A stretch of 44,358 nt of DNA from Opitutia bacterium (GTDB lineage Bacteria; Verrucomicrobiota; Verrucomicrobiia; Opitutales; T3Sed10-336), in contig JBJHCF010000029.1 in the NCBI GenBank assembly GCA_050506795.1, forward strand, positions 1 to 44,358, written 5' to 3'. The notes beneath the pieces are model-generated. The model searched no databases. It saw nothing but the letters and a program-made list of their open reading frames with translations, and was not told the origin of the DNA. The translations under genes were made by a program, and so were the position numbers. Below, in pieces: positions 10,451 to 19,826 of the stretch. Each line of letters begins with the position of its first letter. Within the stretch, counting starts at the first letter, position 1.

Positions 10451-12085
10451 ATGGAAAACCGCACTCCCTCTCCTTTCGTCCTCCTTTGGCTTTTCGCAAT
10501 TCTGCCTTTCTTCGCACCAATGATAACCGTTTCCGCCAATCCGGCGTCGTTGGATCCCACCTTCGAATCCGGCAGCGGTTTCCAGGGTGGTAACGTCTTT
10601 TCGCTCCATTATCTGGACGCCGGCTCAGCCGAGGATGCCCGGCTCCTGGTCGGGGGCGCCTTCACCACCTACGCCGGGGAGCCCGCGATCCGTCTGGCCC
10701 TTCTCGACGGCAACGGCAATCCAGTCGAAGGCTTTCAGGCGGCCGCACCAATCGGCACCTTTTCCCCGCGCGTGGAAACCGGAAGAATCATCAATGTCGG
10801 CGGGGAACGCAAAGTTTTGATCGGCGGTTGGTTTACTTCGGTTGGAGGGGTCAGCTCCAATTCCATCGCCCGGCTCAACGCGGACGGGTCGGTCGACGAA
10901 AGCTTTGATCCGGGAACCGGCACTTCCAATATCATCCATGATCTGGCACTCGATTCCAACGGGAGCATCGTAATCGCCGGTAATTTCACCGTATTCGACG
11001 GTGAAACCGTCAACCGGATCGCCCGACTGAATTCAAACGGTAGTCTGATGCAGGTTTTCGGTGACGAAGAAAGCGGCATCGGTTTCACCGGAGGCGAAAC
11101 GCGAACCGTAGCCATCGACGCCAATGACCGGATCCTGGTCGGCGGCGCCTTCAACCAATATGGTAACGAAACCGCCAACCGGCTGATCCGCCTTAATCCG
11201 GATGGCAGCATCGACAATGGATTCAACCTGGGCAGCGGATTCAACGATACGGTGCGCCATGTTTACCTCGCAAGCTCCGGACATATTTTTGTCAGCGGCG
11301 AATTCACCACCTTCAACGGCGATCCCGCTCCCGGCCTGGTGAAACTGGACCAGGACGGCGCCCGCGTCGAAGGATTCTCCATCGGCAACGGTTTCAACGG
11401 TCCGGTCAACGCCGTCGCCCTTGATCCGGAGGGGCGCATTCTGGTCGCCGGCGACTTTACCGGATTCAATGGCCAACCGAGAACGCGCCTGGCGCGATTG
11501 CAGAGCAACGGCGCCCTGGACGGCGCATTCCATCCCGGCGCCGGCGCCAATCAAGCCGTGCACGCGGTCGCCGTGCAAGGTGATGGCAAAATTTTTATTG
11601 CCGGTGACTTCACCTCATACAACGAAACCACCCAGAACCGCATCGCCCGCCTTACCGGAGTCGCCGGCCCGATCGGTGAAGGCGCCTACGCCGATTGGGT
11701 GGCCGCCCATTTCGAACCGGGGGAGGAGGGGATCAGTGGCCCGGAACAGGATCCCGACGGCGACGGTATCCCAAACCTCCTGGAATACGCCTTCAACGGC
11801 GACCCGCGGGTTGCCTTCGACACCACCCTGCCGGCCCTGGAGACCGTGGTAGAAAACGGTGATCGGCACCTGCGAATCTCCTTCGTCCGTATCGACGCCG
11901 ACGACATCATCTACCAGGTGCAGGCCTCCACCAATCTGTCCGGGTGGACCGAAATCTGGAACTCGTCGGACCACCCCTACTCCGGACCTTCGGGCGGCAG
12001 TGTTATTGAGGAAGTCGTGGATCTCGCTCACACTGTCAGCAGCCCGGGCTCCCGTTTTCTGCGGGTCGTGGTGGTACTCCAATAA
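10451..12085 (+). CDS. Secreted delta-60 repeat (DUF5122-type beta-propeller) protein with verrucomicrobial C-terminal domain
   Basis: Signal peptide; repeated ILVGGxFTxxNG...IARLNxDGSxDxxF units; tail DPDGDGIPNLLEYAF...YQVQASTNLSGW...RFLRVVV. Start placed at MENRT. Confidence 0.8.
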   Translation: MENRTPSPFVLLWLFAILPFFAPMITVSANPASLDPTFESGSGFQGGNVFSLHYLDAGSAEDARLLVGGAFTTYAGEPAIRLALLDGNGNPVEGFQAAAPIGTFSPRVETGRIINVGGERKVLIGGWFTSVGGVSSNSIARLNADGSVDESFDPGTGTSNIIHDLALDSNGSIVIAGNFTVFDGETVNRIARLNSNGSLMQVFGDEESGIGFTGGETRTVAIDANDRILVGGAFNQYGNETANRLIRLNPDGSIDNGFNLGSGFNDTVRHVYLASSGHIFVSGEFTTFNGDPAPGLVKLDQDGARVEGFSIGNGFNGPVNAVALDPEGRILVAGDFTGFNGQPRTRLARLQSNGALDGAFHPGAGANQAVHAVAVQGDGKIFIAGDFTSYNETTQNRIARLTGVAGPIGEGAYADWVAAHFEPGEEGISGPEQDPDGDGIPNLLEYAFNGDPRVAFDTTLPALETVVENGDRHLRISFVRIDADDIIYQVQASTNLSGWTEIWNSSDHPYSGPSGGSVIEEVVDLAHTVSSPGSRFLRVVVVLQ

Positions 12086-12224
12086 CGCCAGTGAGAGCGG
12101 CCTGATTTACGCTCACGGTTTCGCAATCGACACGGACCGGCCGCAACCTCCCGGCCGAAAAGGATTTCAGACAATCTCAGGACAGCGCACTTCTCAGGCA
12201 TGCTGCATCCGCATCCATCAGGGC

Positions 12225-15200
12225 TTAAAGGTCCGAGGCATTCAGCCAGCGGAAGTGTACAATTTCAAATCTCCGCCCAAACGGATCGGTCCCGGGATTC
12301 ATCGGCTCGACGCGGGTGGTCGGATCCGGATTGACCGGCGTTGGCACCCGCTGAACCACCGCTTCCAGGTAGGCGCGTGCCTCCACCTGGCGGGTCACCG
12401 GATTGAAGGCGTCGCCGTAGGTCCGAATCAGGAAGGTATCGGAACGCGCCGTAAGTACGGATCCCAACGTGGCCAGAATATCGTCCTGAGTCAGGTAGGA
12501 GGGCGACGATCGGGGAATATCGCGCCAGCCATTCTGTGACGTGTAATAACGATTCAGGCCTCGACCGTTGTCTTCACCTCCGCCCCCGTCCCACTGAATC
12601 GAATCGATCGCTTCCTGCAGAATTCCACTGTTGATGAAATCGCCGACCGAACGGAAAGGACCAATCGGCTTGTTGAATGAAGGATTAAAGAATTCCTCTT
12701 TGATGCGTTGCACTATGAACTCGGCCATCGCGGTGGCCGCATACTGGTAACGTTCACCCGAGGTTCCGAAGCGATCCGTCCAGAACTGATAATCGTTGAA
12801 ATCCGGATTAGCGGGAAAATCCAGATTCAACGGTTTCAGTTCCCGTAAACCGTTTCGCCAAATGCTCCTGGGTTTATTCAGGTCCTGAACCCGTCCGATA
12901 TAGCCGGCTCCGGGCGCCGAGGTGAAGCGGGAGAAATAGCTGCCGAGCGGATCATTGCGATAGCGTTCATTGTGTCGATAAACAAAATCCTCGAAGGGAT
13001 TGTACACCAGGAGATCGTGCTTGGCGAAGCTGTTAAGCAGCGCCGCCCAGGCGGCCACCGAGGTGGAATTCACATTGAACGAACCCTCGGTCATCAGATG
13101 CGCCGCCGCTTCATCGCTGCGTTCCAAACGATCGAACACTTCCTGATTATAACGCCCCTCCTCACCGGAATAGAGCCGCATCCGGGGATTGAGGAAAAAC
13201 GGAGGAATGTCCTGCTGAAAGTTGTTCGTAAGCAATGCACTGGAGAAGAAACCCGTATCGAACACGCTGGACGGCGGACGCTCAGTCCGAACCCGCAACT
13301 GCCCAACCGAACTCAGGCTGGTCCAGTTGTTCCAGTTCCTCGTAGCAGGCGCGAGGCTGGGAATACCCTGCAAATTCTCTCCCGGCCCCCCGCCCTGAAC
13401 ATCACGAAGAATGTGGTAGAACGACATGAACCGGAGGTCTTCCAGTTGCAAAGGGTAATCGAACTCGTTAGTCACAAAATTGCTTTGCGGAAGGTCTCCG
13501 CCTTGGAACATGACCACAGGGTAGCCGTTGTTTTGCGAATTCCAACTCAACACATTCGGGATTACCTTCGAATAAAGCTGCCGCTCGCCGCGAGAACGAT
13601 AACTATTCTGGCGCAGATTCGGCAGGCCAGCGTTCAGGCCCCCCGGCAGCATGCGGGTGTCCGAACCGAAGGCGAAAGGCAGGTTGAAGCCTCCCGTGAA
13701 TTGACCGTAGACCGACCATCCTCCACCGGAAACGCCGCCGTCATCATCGTCACCCGGATCCACGGTAGCCGCACCCCATTGTGCGGCTGTCGGCCAGCTG
13801 TTAATCTGCGGACCACGCACACTGATTTGTGGTTCCGTATCTTGAACCAACTGGCGATGGGCATTATTGGAGATATTAATATCGTCCCGGAAAATCACGG
13901 TCGGTTCGTCGTCATTCCCGCCGACAACGACCACTTCAACCCGAACCGACTGACCGCGCGGGAAGTAGAACATGGGCCGAACCTCCTGCAGGTCACCGGC
14001 GGGAACCACGCCGCCCAACGCCCCCCCACGGTCGAAGGTAAAAGTATCCACCAGCGTATTGTTGTTCGGCCCCAGATCCCAGGGAGCCGCAGCAGCCAAA
14101 CCGTTCACCATTGCCCCGCGGCCGCTGATCGTATTGCCATTCGAGGAATACAACAAGGTTTCTCCGGCCCGCAGCCGTTGGTTGGAAGTCGGAATCTCGA
14201 AAGCAATGGAATTGTTGTCCCCCCGCGTTTCCCGGTCCAGTGCGAACCACTCGGCCTCCCCGAGTTCGTACTCGGTCATCCACGAGCCAAACCAATCCTC
14301 GATAGTATCCTCTTCAGCCTCCTGCTGCCAATGCAGTCCGGCGCCGAATGCGAGATAGACCGGGCTGTCCGAGGGGCGCGAAAAACGAATCTCGATCCTC
14401 TCCGCCATTCCGGAAAAATCCAGATCCACATCGTACGGATTCCAGAGGCCGACGGTGGCCTGTAATCCCAGGTTGACCGAACCGCCGTACTGCCCCGAAA
14501 CGACTCCATTAATATGCACGTGGGTAACCACCGGTCCCGCCATGGGCTTGAATTCATTGTGCCACACGACACCTAACGGGTACTTGGGACGATCACTGTC
14601 TGGTGCGGAAGAGACCGTGGGATCCATCAATGTCCTCGCTCGCCCCTGGAGCCACCCAGCCCACTCGTTATTCCACTGTCCCCAATCCCCGGCCAGACGG
14701 GTTAGATCCTCCTTCAGTCCGTAGTTTTGAGAACCCTGCACGTAGGACACCGTCTGCACGCCACGCGAGTAAGCGGTCGTATCGTGAAACAACTGTTCCA
14801 GCTCCGGAGTTCCCGTCGGACTCGATCTCCGGGAAAAGCCGTACGACCTGTCGCCGAACTCCGGATTTATCATAAAACCCTCCGTCGCCTGCGCTCGATT
14901 CACCACTCGCTGCCATCCGGCCAGCCTCGCGTTGAAATGCCGAATATTCGGGTTGGGGCCTATGGGATCGAAGCCCGGAAAAAACTCATCCCGGAGAGTC
15001 GGATTCAGGGCATCATTCAAAAACTCGAATCCGAACCGGGTCGGACTCATAGTCCGGATGAAGTCGTCCTCCATATGGAAGGGCTCGAACACGAGGTTCC
15101 AGTTGTTAAGGTCGCGTTCGTAGTTCTCCCGAGCGACCATTCCAGCGTTAGGGTTGTTTTCCTCCAGGACCCTAAGATCGAGCTCCTCGAGGGGATATCT

Positions 15201-15884
15201 TTCCCCTGCAAGCGAGAAATTGGCTTTAACCCCTTCATCCAGGGTCACATATCCATAGTGCCCAATCACAATCCCTCCAGTGGGCAACTGGTTTAAGCCA
15301 CCGGCCAAAGCCGGACTCGCCGGCCCCAACCCGGGATAACGATCGACCCGGATAGGAATCCTCGGGACATAAACGTTCTGTTCAGAAGGCGCCGAACCCA
15401 CCCCGACCAGCCGCACCGCCGAACCAAGCGGACCCGCCGCATTGCCACTCAAAAACTCATTCGGCTGAGTCTGAGGTGAGATCATTGGATTTCCGGCGTC
15501 AAAAAACTCGTTGCCACTCACCAGCCAGGACAAAGGGGTTTGCGGATTATCCGTATCCACCACCCCGGTCCAAAACCGCGAAGTTTGCTCCGGCATCACC
15601 CCCTCTTCCAGTGCCTCCGCCCGGAAAGTCACCCGATCATCGCGCCCCGCATGGCGTTGCAGTTCCCCAATCGCGATCTCCAGCGCCATTTTGGCGTGTT
15701 CCTGCGCAATACTCTGCTTCTGGCTAAAACTCGACACCTCCGTTTCGATGCGGGTAAACGTACCCACCGTCACCAGTAACAGAACCAGGAAAGCCATCAG
15801 AGAAATCGTTATAATCAACGCGAACCCCCGCTTCCCCGCACTATGACGAGGAATGGGTTGGGCTTGGATTGGAAAATGCTTCAT
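12225..15884 (-). CDS. Large PilX-like / Verru_Chthon cassette protein A-like pilin-family protein
   Basis: Prepilin-like N-terminus KRG|FALIITISLMAFLVLLLV, ALEIAIGELQRHAGRDDRVT, DEGVKA, FNVNSTSVAAWAALL; C-terminus ARSDTFLIRTYGDA...EAVVQR...GRRFEIVHFRWL. Confidence 0.75.
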   Translation of the reverse strand: MKHFPIQAQPIPRHSAGKRGFALIITISLMAFLVLLLVTVGTFTRIETEVSSFSQKQSIAQEHAKMALEIAIGELQRHAGRDDRVTFRAEALEEGVMPEQTSRFWTGVVDTDNPQTPLSWLVSGNEFFDAGNPMISPQTQPNEFLSGNAAGPLGSAVRLVGVGSAPSEQNVYVPRIPIRVDRYPGLGPASPALAGGLNQLPTGGIVIGHYGYVTLDEGVKANFSLAGERYPLEELDLRVLEENNPNAGMVARENYERDLNNWNLVFEPFHMEDDFIRTMSPTRFGFEFLNDALNPTLRDEFFPGFDPIGPNPNIRHFNARLAGWQRVVNRAQATEGFMINPEFGDRSYGFSRRSSPTGTPELEQLFHDTTAYSRGVQTVSYVQGSQNYGLKEDLTRLAGDWGQWNNEWAGWLQGRARTLMDPTVSSAPDSDRPKYPLGVVWHNEFKPMAGPVVTHVHINGVVSGQYGGSVNLGLQATVGLWNPYDVDLDFSGMAERIEIRFSRPSDSPVYLAFGAGLHWQQEAEEDTIEDWFGSWMTEYELGEAEWFALDRETRGDNNSIAFEIPTSNQRLRAGETLLYSSNGNTISGRGAMVNGLAAAAPWDLGPNNNTLVDTFTFDRGGALGGVVPAGDLQEVRPMFYFPRGQSVRVEVVVVGGNDDEPTVIFRDDINISNNAHRQLVQDTEPQISVRGPQINSWPTAAQWGAATVDPGDDDDGGVSGGGWSVYGQFTGGFNLPFAFGSDTRMLPGGLNAGLPNLRQNSYRSRGERQLYSKVIPNVLSWNSQNNGYPVVMFQGGDLPQSNFVTNEFDYPLQLEDLRFMSFYHILRDVQGGGPGENLQGIPSLAPATRNWNNWTSLSSVGQLRVRTERPPSSVFDTGFFSSALLTNNFQQDIPPFFLNPRMRLYSGEEGRYNQEVFDRLERSDEAAAHLMTEGSFNVNSTSVAAWAALLNSFAKHDLLVYNPFEDFVYRHNERYRNDPLGSYFSRFTSAPGAGYIGRVQDLNKPRSIWRNGLRELKPLNLDFPANPDFNDYQFWTDRFGTSGERYQYAATAMAEFIVQRIKEEFFNPSFNKPIGPFRSVGDFINSGILQEAIDSIQWDGGGGEDNGRGLNRYYTSQNGWRDIPRSSPSYLTQDDILATLGSVLTARSDTFLIRTYGDAFNPVTRQVEARAYLEAVVQRVPTPVNPDPTTRVEPMNPGTDPFGRRFEIVHFRWLNASDL

Positions 15885-15923
15885 AATCTGGAAGGAATCC
15901 ACTTTTCTGGAAATTTATTTCAC

Positions 15924-16061
15924 TGTCAATCGACGCCTTGACCGACGCCCATAACCATCCTGACAGTACCGCCTAATCGCTATCACCTCCCCGCACCTGC
16001 CTGCACCGCCGTCACCCGCACAACCTCCGAATATAAAAAGCCAGGCTATTTATTATTGACA
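15924..16061. promoter_or_regulatory. Divergent promoter region with two TTGACA -35 boxes
   Basis: TGTCAA at 15924-15929 (TTGACA on the minus strand) and TTGACA at 16056-16061. The -10 boxes are poor. Confidence 0.5.
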
Positions 16062-16089
16062 GTCTGAGAGGGTTGGGGATGGTGGGGGC

Positions 16090-17049
16090 ATGGCATCGCG
16101 AAGAATCAAGGTTCAGGGGGACAGGAGTGCGGTGTATCATTGCATGAGCCGGATCGTGGGCAAACAGCACTTGCTGGGGGGGCTCGATCAGGAGGTTTTT
16201 CGCAAGATGATGTGGAAACAGGCTGATTTTTGCGGTGTGCGTGTGCTCACTTATGCGGTCATGACCAACCACTTCCATATTCTGGTGCGGGTGCCGGGGA
16301 AGGAGGAAATTGATGATGCGGAGTTGGTTCGTAGGGTGGAGGTGCTTTACGGGGAAGAGCGGGCGAAGGTGGTGGAGGCGGCATTGAGGTTGCCCCGGGC
16401 CGAGGCGGTGCGGGAGGAGTATGTGCGGCGAATGGGGGAGGTGTCGCAGTTCATGAAGGAACTCAAGCAGCGCTTTTCGATCTGGTTCAACCGGAGGCGG
16501 GGGCGGGTGGGTACCTTGTGGTCGGAGCGCTTCAAGAGTGTGCTGGTGGAGGATGGGGGCAAGGCGTTGCGGACGGTGGCGGCGTATATCGACCTGAACG
16601 CGGTGCGGGCCGGCTATTGCCGGGATCCGAAGGATTATCGTTTTTGCGGGTATGGGGAGGCTTGCGGGGGGGGCGTGGAGGCGCGGGAGGGGTTGGTGCG
16701 GGTGATGGAGCGCACCGGGTGGCGGAGCGCTTCGTGGGAGTACCGGATGGTTCTCTTTGGCAAGGGCTATTACACCGAGGCGGACAAGGAGGGCGGAATC
16801 AGCTGGGAGGAATGGAAGGCGGTGCGGGCAAGCCGGGGGCGGCTGAGCCTGGCGGATGCGTTGCGTTGCCGGGTGCGGTATTTCAGCGAAGGGACCATTC
16901 TGGGCTCACGGGAGTACGTGGAGGCGGAGTATTCGCGGCAGCGCGAGAAATTCGGGAAACGTCGCCGAGACGGGGCCCGTCCGTTGCGCGGAGCGCAATG
17001 GGAGGGGTTATGCGCGGTGCGCGACCTGAGAAAAAACGTTATTGAGTAG
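16090..17049 (+). CDS. RAYT/Y1 HUH (REP-associated tyrosine transposase-like) protein
   Basis: YHCMSR, HUH motif MTNHFH, FMKELKQRFSIWFN, GTLWSERFKSVLVE, catalytic Tyr in AYIDLNAVRAG, DYRFCGY. Confidence 0.9.
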   Translation: MASRRIKVQGDRSAVYHCMSRIVGKQHLLGGLDQEVFRKMMWKQADFCGVRVLTYAVMTNHFHILVRVPGKEEIDDAELVRRVEVLYGEERAKVVEAALRLPRAEAVREEYVRRMGEVSQFMKELKQRFSIWFNRRRGRVGTLWSERFKSVLVEDGGKALRTVAAYIDLNAVRAGYCRDPKDYRFCGYGEACGGGVEAREGLVRVMERTGWRSASWEYRMVLFGKGYYTEADKEGGISWEEWKAVRASRGRLSLADALRCRVRYFSEGTILGSREYVEAEYSRQREKFGKRRRDGARPLRGAQWEGLCAVRDLRKNVIE

Positions 17050-17206
17050 ATCGGAAGAAAAAATGGGAATCGGGACCGGGGTCCGGGTGTCTAATGTTGG
17101 GAGGCATTGCCAGGGTGCCGTTTCGAGGTACCCTAGGTAACGTTTTTTCTGTCGCGAGTCCCTTAGCCAATTTTGGAGAAGACAAGAACGTCATCCGGTA
17201 ATTATC

Positions 17207-19069
17207 ATGAAGCACCGAAGAATATTTTCTAATGCCATCAGAGTTTTCCTGCTGGGAGCCGTGATTTTCTGGACCGGCAGTCAACTTCATGCTGAAGAGG
17301 GACCGGTTGAAGTTGAGTTGATTGCGGAAGCAGTTCAGGTGGCGCCGGGAGAGGACTTGCGGATAGGAGTCCGGCTTGAGATTGCCGAGGGTTGGATTCT
17401 CTTTAGTGAACATCCGGGATTGGTCGGTTTGCCGACCGAGGTTTCGTGGGATTTACCTGAGGGCGTTACGGTGGAAGAAACGCGGTTTCCTGAGCCGGAG
17501 GTTATCGAAGTTGAGGGAGAAAGAGAGTTCGGTTATTCGGGTGAGGTTCTAATAACGACCGCGTTGCGGCTTCCTGAAGAGTTGGGGGAGATGTTCACCG
17601 TGGGTGCAACGGTTTCCTGGCTGGCGTTTGGTGATCGCTGGTTGCCTGGGGAACGTGAATTGCAAATTTCCCTTCCGATAGGCGATCAGATGGTATGGTC
17701 GGAGGCGCATCAGGAGCTGTTCGGCGAGCGGGAACCGGCGGAAGTCGCAGCTGAAGGGGAAGCTCCTTTACGGCGCCCGTTGACCATGGGCGGCCTCTTA
17801 CTTTTCGGTCTTTTTGGTTTTATAGGGGGATTCTTACTCAATCTCATGCCGTGCGTGCTTCCCGTGATCGGGGTAAAGATTATGTCGGTGGTCAAAAGCA
17901 GCGGCGATGATCCGCGCACGATTCTCCTGCAGGGATGGATGTATACTGCGGGTATTGTGGTTTCCTTCTGGATACTGGCCGGAGTGGTGATCGCTCTGCA
18001 GGCGGCGGGGCAGGCACTGGGGCAGGGGTTTCAGTTCCAGCATCTTCCGTTCCTCGTGTTTGTGACCGCATTGATCTTCATCCTTGCATTGAGCATGCTG
18101 GGGGTTTTCTCGGTCGGATTGACTTCCGGAGGGTACGAGAAGGCGAACAAGCTGAGCGGTCGGAAGGGTTTGAGCGGAGCCTTCTTTACCGGATTCGTGG
18201 TGACCGCGGTGGCGACTCCGTGTACAGCTCCCTTCCTTGGGGCGGCGATGGGGTTCGCGTTCACTCAACCGGCGCTTGTGACGGTGGCGGTATTCACCGC
18301 GGTTGGATTCGGGCTGGCCTTTCCGTTCACCTTATTGGCGCATCGGCCGCAGTGGCTGAAGTTCCTTCCCAAGCCCGGGATGTGGATGGAGTACTTCAAA
18401 CAGTTGATGGGGTTTCTGATGATGGGGGCGGTGGTGTGGCTCCTTTGGGTGATCAACCTGTCGCAGGGTGGGGATGCGGTTGTTTGGACTGTCGCGTTTC
18501 TTTTTGTTCTGGGTATCGCTGGATGGGTATTCGGCACTTTTGGCAACGCGGCCAAGCCAAGGGCGGTTCGCCGTCGTGCCTGGGTGATGATCGCGGTGTT
18601 GCTGGCCGGCGGCTTCGCCGGCATTCTGGAGGGGCAGCTCAAGTGGCGGGAAACCGGGACTGCCGATCGGACGACGGGTGCCGGGGAGGAAGGCTCGGGG
18701 AGAATTGCCTGGGTTGATTTTACCCCGGAAAGGCTCGACGAATTACTTGAGACGGACCAGCCTGTTTTTGTTAATTTCACCGCGGCGTGGTGTTTGTCCT
18801 GCAAGGTCAACGAACGCACGTCGATCGAAATTCCGGCTACACAGTCGGTTAAAGAGCAGACCAATGCGGTTTTCGTTTATGGTGACTGGACAAACCAAAA
18901 CCCCGAAATCGCGGCGTTCCTGCGCCGCCATGACCGAGCGGGAGTCCCGCTTTACCTTGTTTACGGACGCGACCGGGACAACCCCCGTTTGCTTCCGGAA
19001 ATTCTGACACCCGGAACGGTGGAGCGGGCGTTGCGTTGGGCGGCTGAGACGTTTGAGGAGGATTCCTGA
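17207..19069 (+). CDS. DsbD-family thiol:disulfide interchange protein (Ig-like N domain, membrane domain, thioredoxin domain)
   Basis: Signal peptide; membrane motifs NLMPCVLP and ATPCTAPFLG; thioredoxin FTAAWCLSCK and GVPLY. Confidence 0.9.
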   Translation: MKHRRIFSNAIRVFLLGAVIFWTGSQLHAEEGPVEVELIAEAVQVAPGEDLRIGVRLEIAEGWILFSEHPGLVGLPTEVSWDLPEGVTVEETRFPEPEVIEVEGEREFGYSGEVLITTALRLPEELGEMFTVGATVSWLAFGDRWLPGERELQISLPIGDQMVWSEAHQELFGEREPAEVAAEGEAPLRRPLTMGGLLLFGLFGFIGGFLLNLMPCVLPVIGVKIMSVVKSSGDDPRTILLQGWMYTAGIVVSFWILAGVVIALQAAGQALGQGFQFQHLPFLVFVTALIFILALSMLGVFSVGLTSGGYEKANKLSGRKGLSGAFFTGFVVTAVATPCTAPFLGAAMGFAFTQPALVTVAVFTAVGFGLAFPFTLLAHRPQWLKFLPKPGMWMEYFKQLMGFLMMGAVVWLLWVINLSQGGDAVVWTVAFLFVLGIAGWVFGTFGNAAKPRAVRRRAWVMIAVLLAGGFAGILEGQLKWRETGTADRTTGAGEEGSGRIAWVDFTPERLDELLETDQPVFVNFTAAWCLSCKVNERTSIEIPATQSVKEQTNAVFVYGDWTNQNPEIAAFLRRHDRAGVPLYLVYGRDRDNPRLLPEILTPGTVERALRWAAETFEEDS

Positions 19070-19196
19070 TTTCGTTCGGCGTAACCCCGGTGACCGTTCG
19101 GACTGGGCGAAGGCAAAATTGGTAACGGAGGACCCGCGAGTTTAGGAGCGGCATTAAGGCTCGTCTTTGGCGCGGCGCGTCTTCAGAAATGGCGCC

Positions 19197-19652
19197 ATGC
19201 AAGTGGATCTGAAACCGAAGGAGTACCTTGCTCTGCTCAAGGCGGTTTATTTGGCGGACTGGTTGGCGAATGCCCACGCCGAAAGCCCGGCCGATGAGGA
19301 TTGGGAAATTGTGGGGATCTGTCGAAAAATATACTCCCTGGCCGATTCGTTTGGTTTTGGGGACCTGGCACCTTACCATCCCAGCCGGGACGAGCATGTG
19401 CCGTCGAGGGAGTTTGTCGAAGAAATGGATGCCGCGTTTATCGCTGAGCACATAGACCACGCTTTTTGGCGAGAATTGACTGTACGCCTGACCGATCGAT
19501 TGATGGATGAGCGATTTGGTGCGGAGATGGATGGGTGGACGGACGAGCGCTATCGTGCTTGTCGAGAAAGGTTCGAAAGTAAGGTGGAGCGTGAGCTGCG
19601 AGCAAACGGACTCAGGAATCTCTTTCTTTTGGGGCATTTTGACGAAGACTGA
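19197..19652 (+). CDS. Hypothetical protein (acidic, helical)
   Basis: 151-aa ORF from ATG with protein-like composition, followed by a hairpin. Confidence 0.65.
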   Translation: MQVDLKPKEYLALLKAVYLADWLANAHAESPADEDWEIVGICRKIYSLADSFGFGDLAPYHPSRDEHVPSREFVEEMDAAFIAEHIDHAFWRELTVRLTDRLMDERFGAEMDGWTDERYRACRERFESKVERELRANGLRNLFLLGHFDED

Positions 19653-19660
19653 GATGAGAA

Positions 19661-19694
19661 GGGGCCCGAGGATTACCCCTAACCTCGGACCCCC
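19661..19694 (-). terminator. GC-rich hairpin, likely terminator of the adjacent ncRNA (possibly bidirectional)
   Basis: GGGGCCCGAGG-N12-CCTCGGACCCC (10/11 bp Watson-Crick; the remaining pair is G-U on the minus strand), followed on the minus strand by TTCTCATCT. Confidence 0.6.
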
Positions 19695-19695
19695 A

Positions 19696-19826
19696 TGCAA
19701 CTATCTTCCGCTGCGCGGAACGCATTGCAGTGTTCACCTCACTATGTTTTAGCCGAGTGCCTCGTCAGACGAGGTCCGGCACGATCCTTGATAGCAGTCG
19801 GCGTGCCAGTTGAAGATAAGGATAGA
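19696..19826 (-). ncRNA. Candidate compact 6S (SsrS)-like RNA
   Basis: Hand fold gives a rod: UAUCUUC/GAAGAUA, CUG/CAG, ACGC/GCGU, UGC/GCA, an asymmetric central bubble, then GCCGG/UCGGC and CCUCGUC/GACGAGG. Lies downstream of an EVE gene and upstream of a terminator-like hairpin. Confidence 0.6.
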
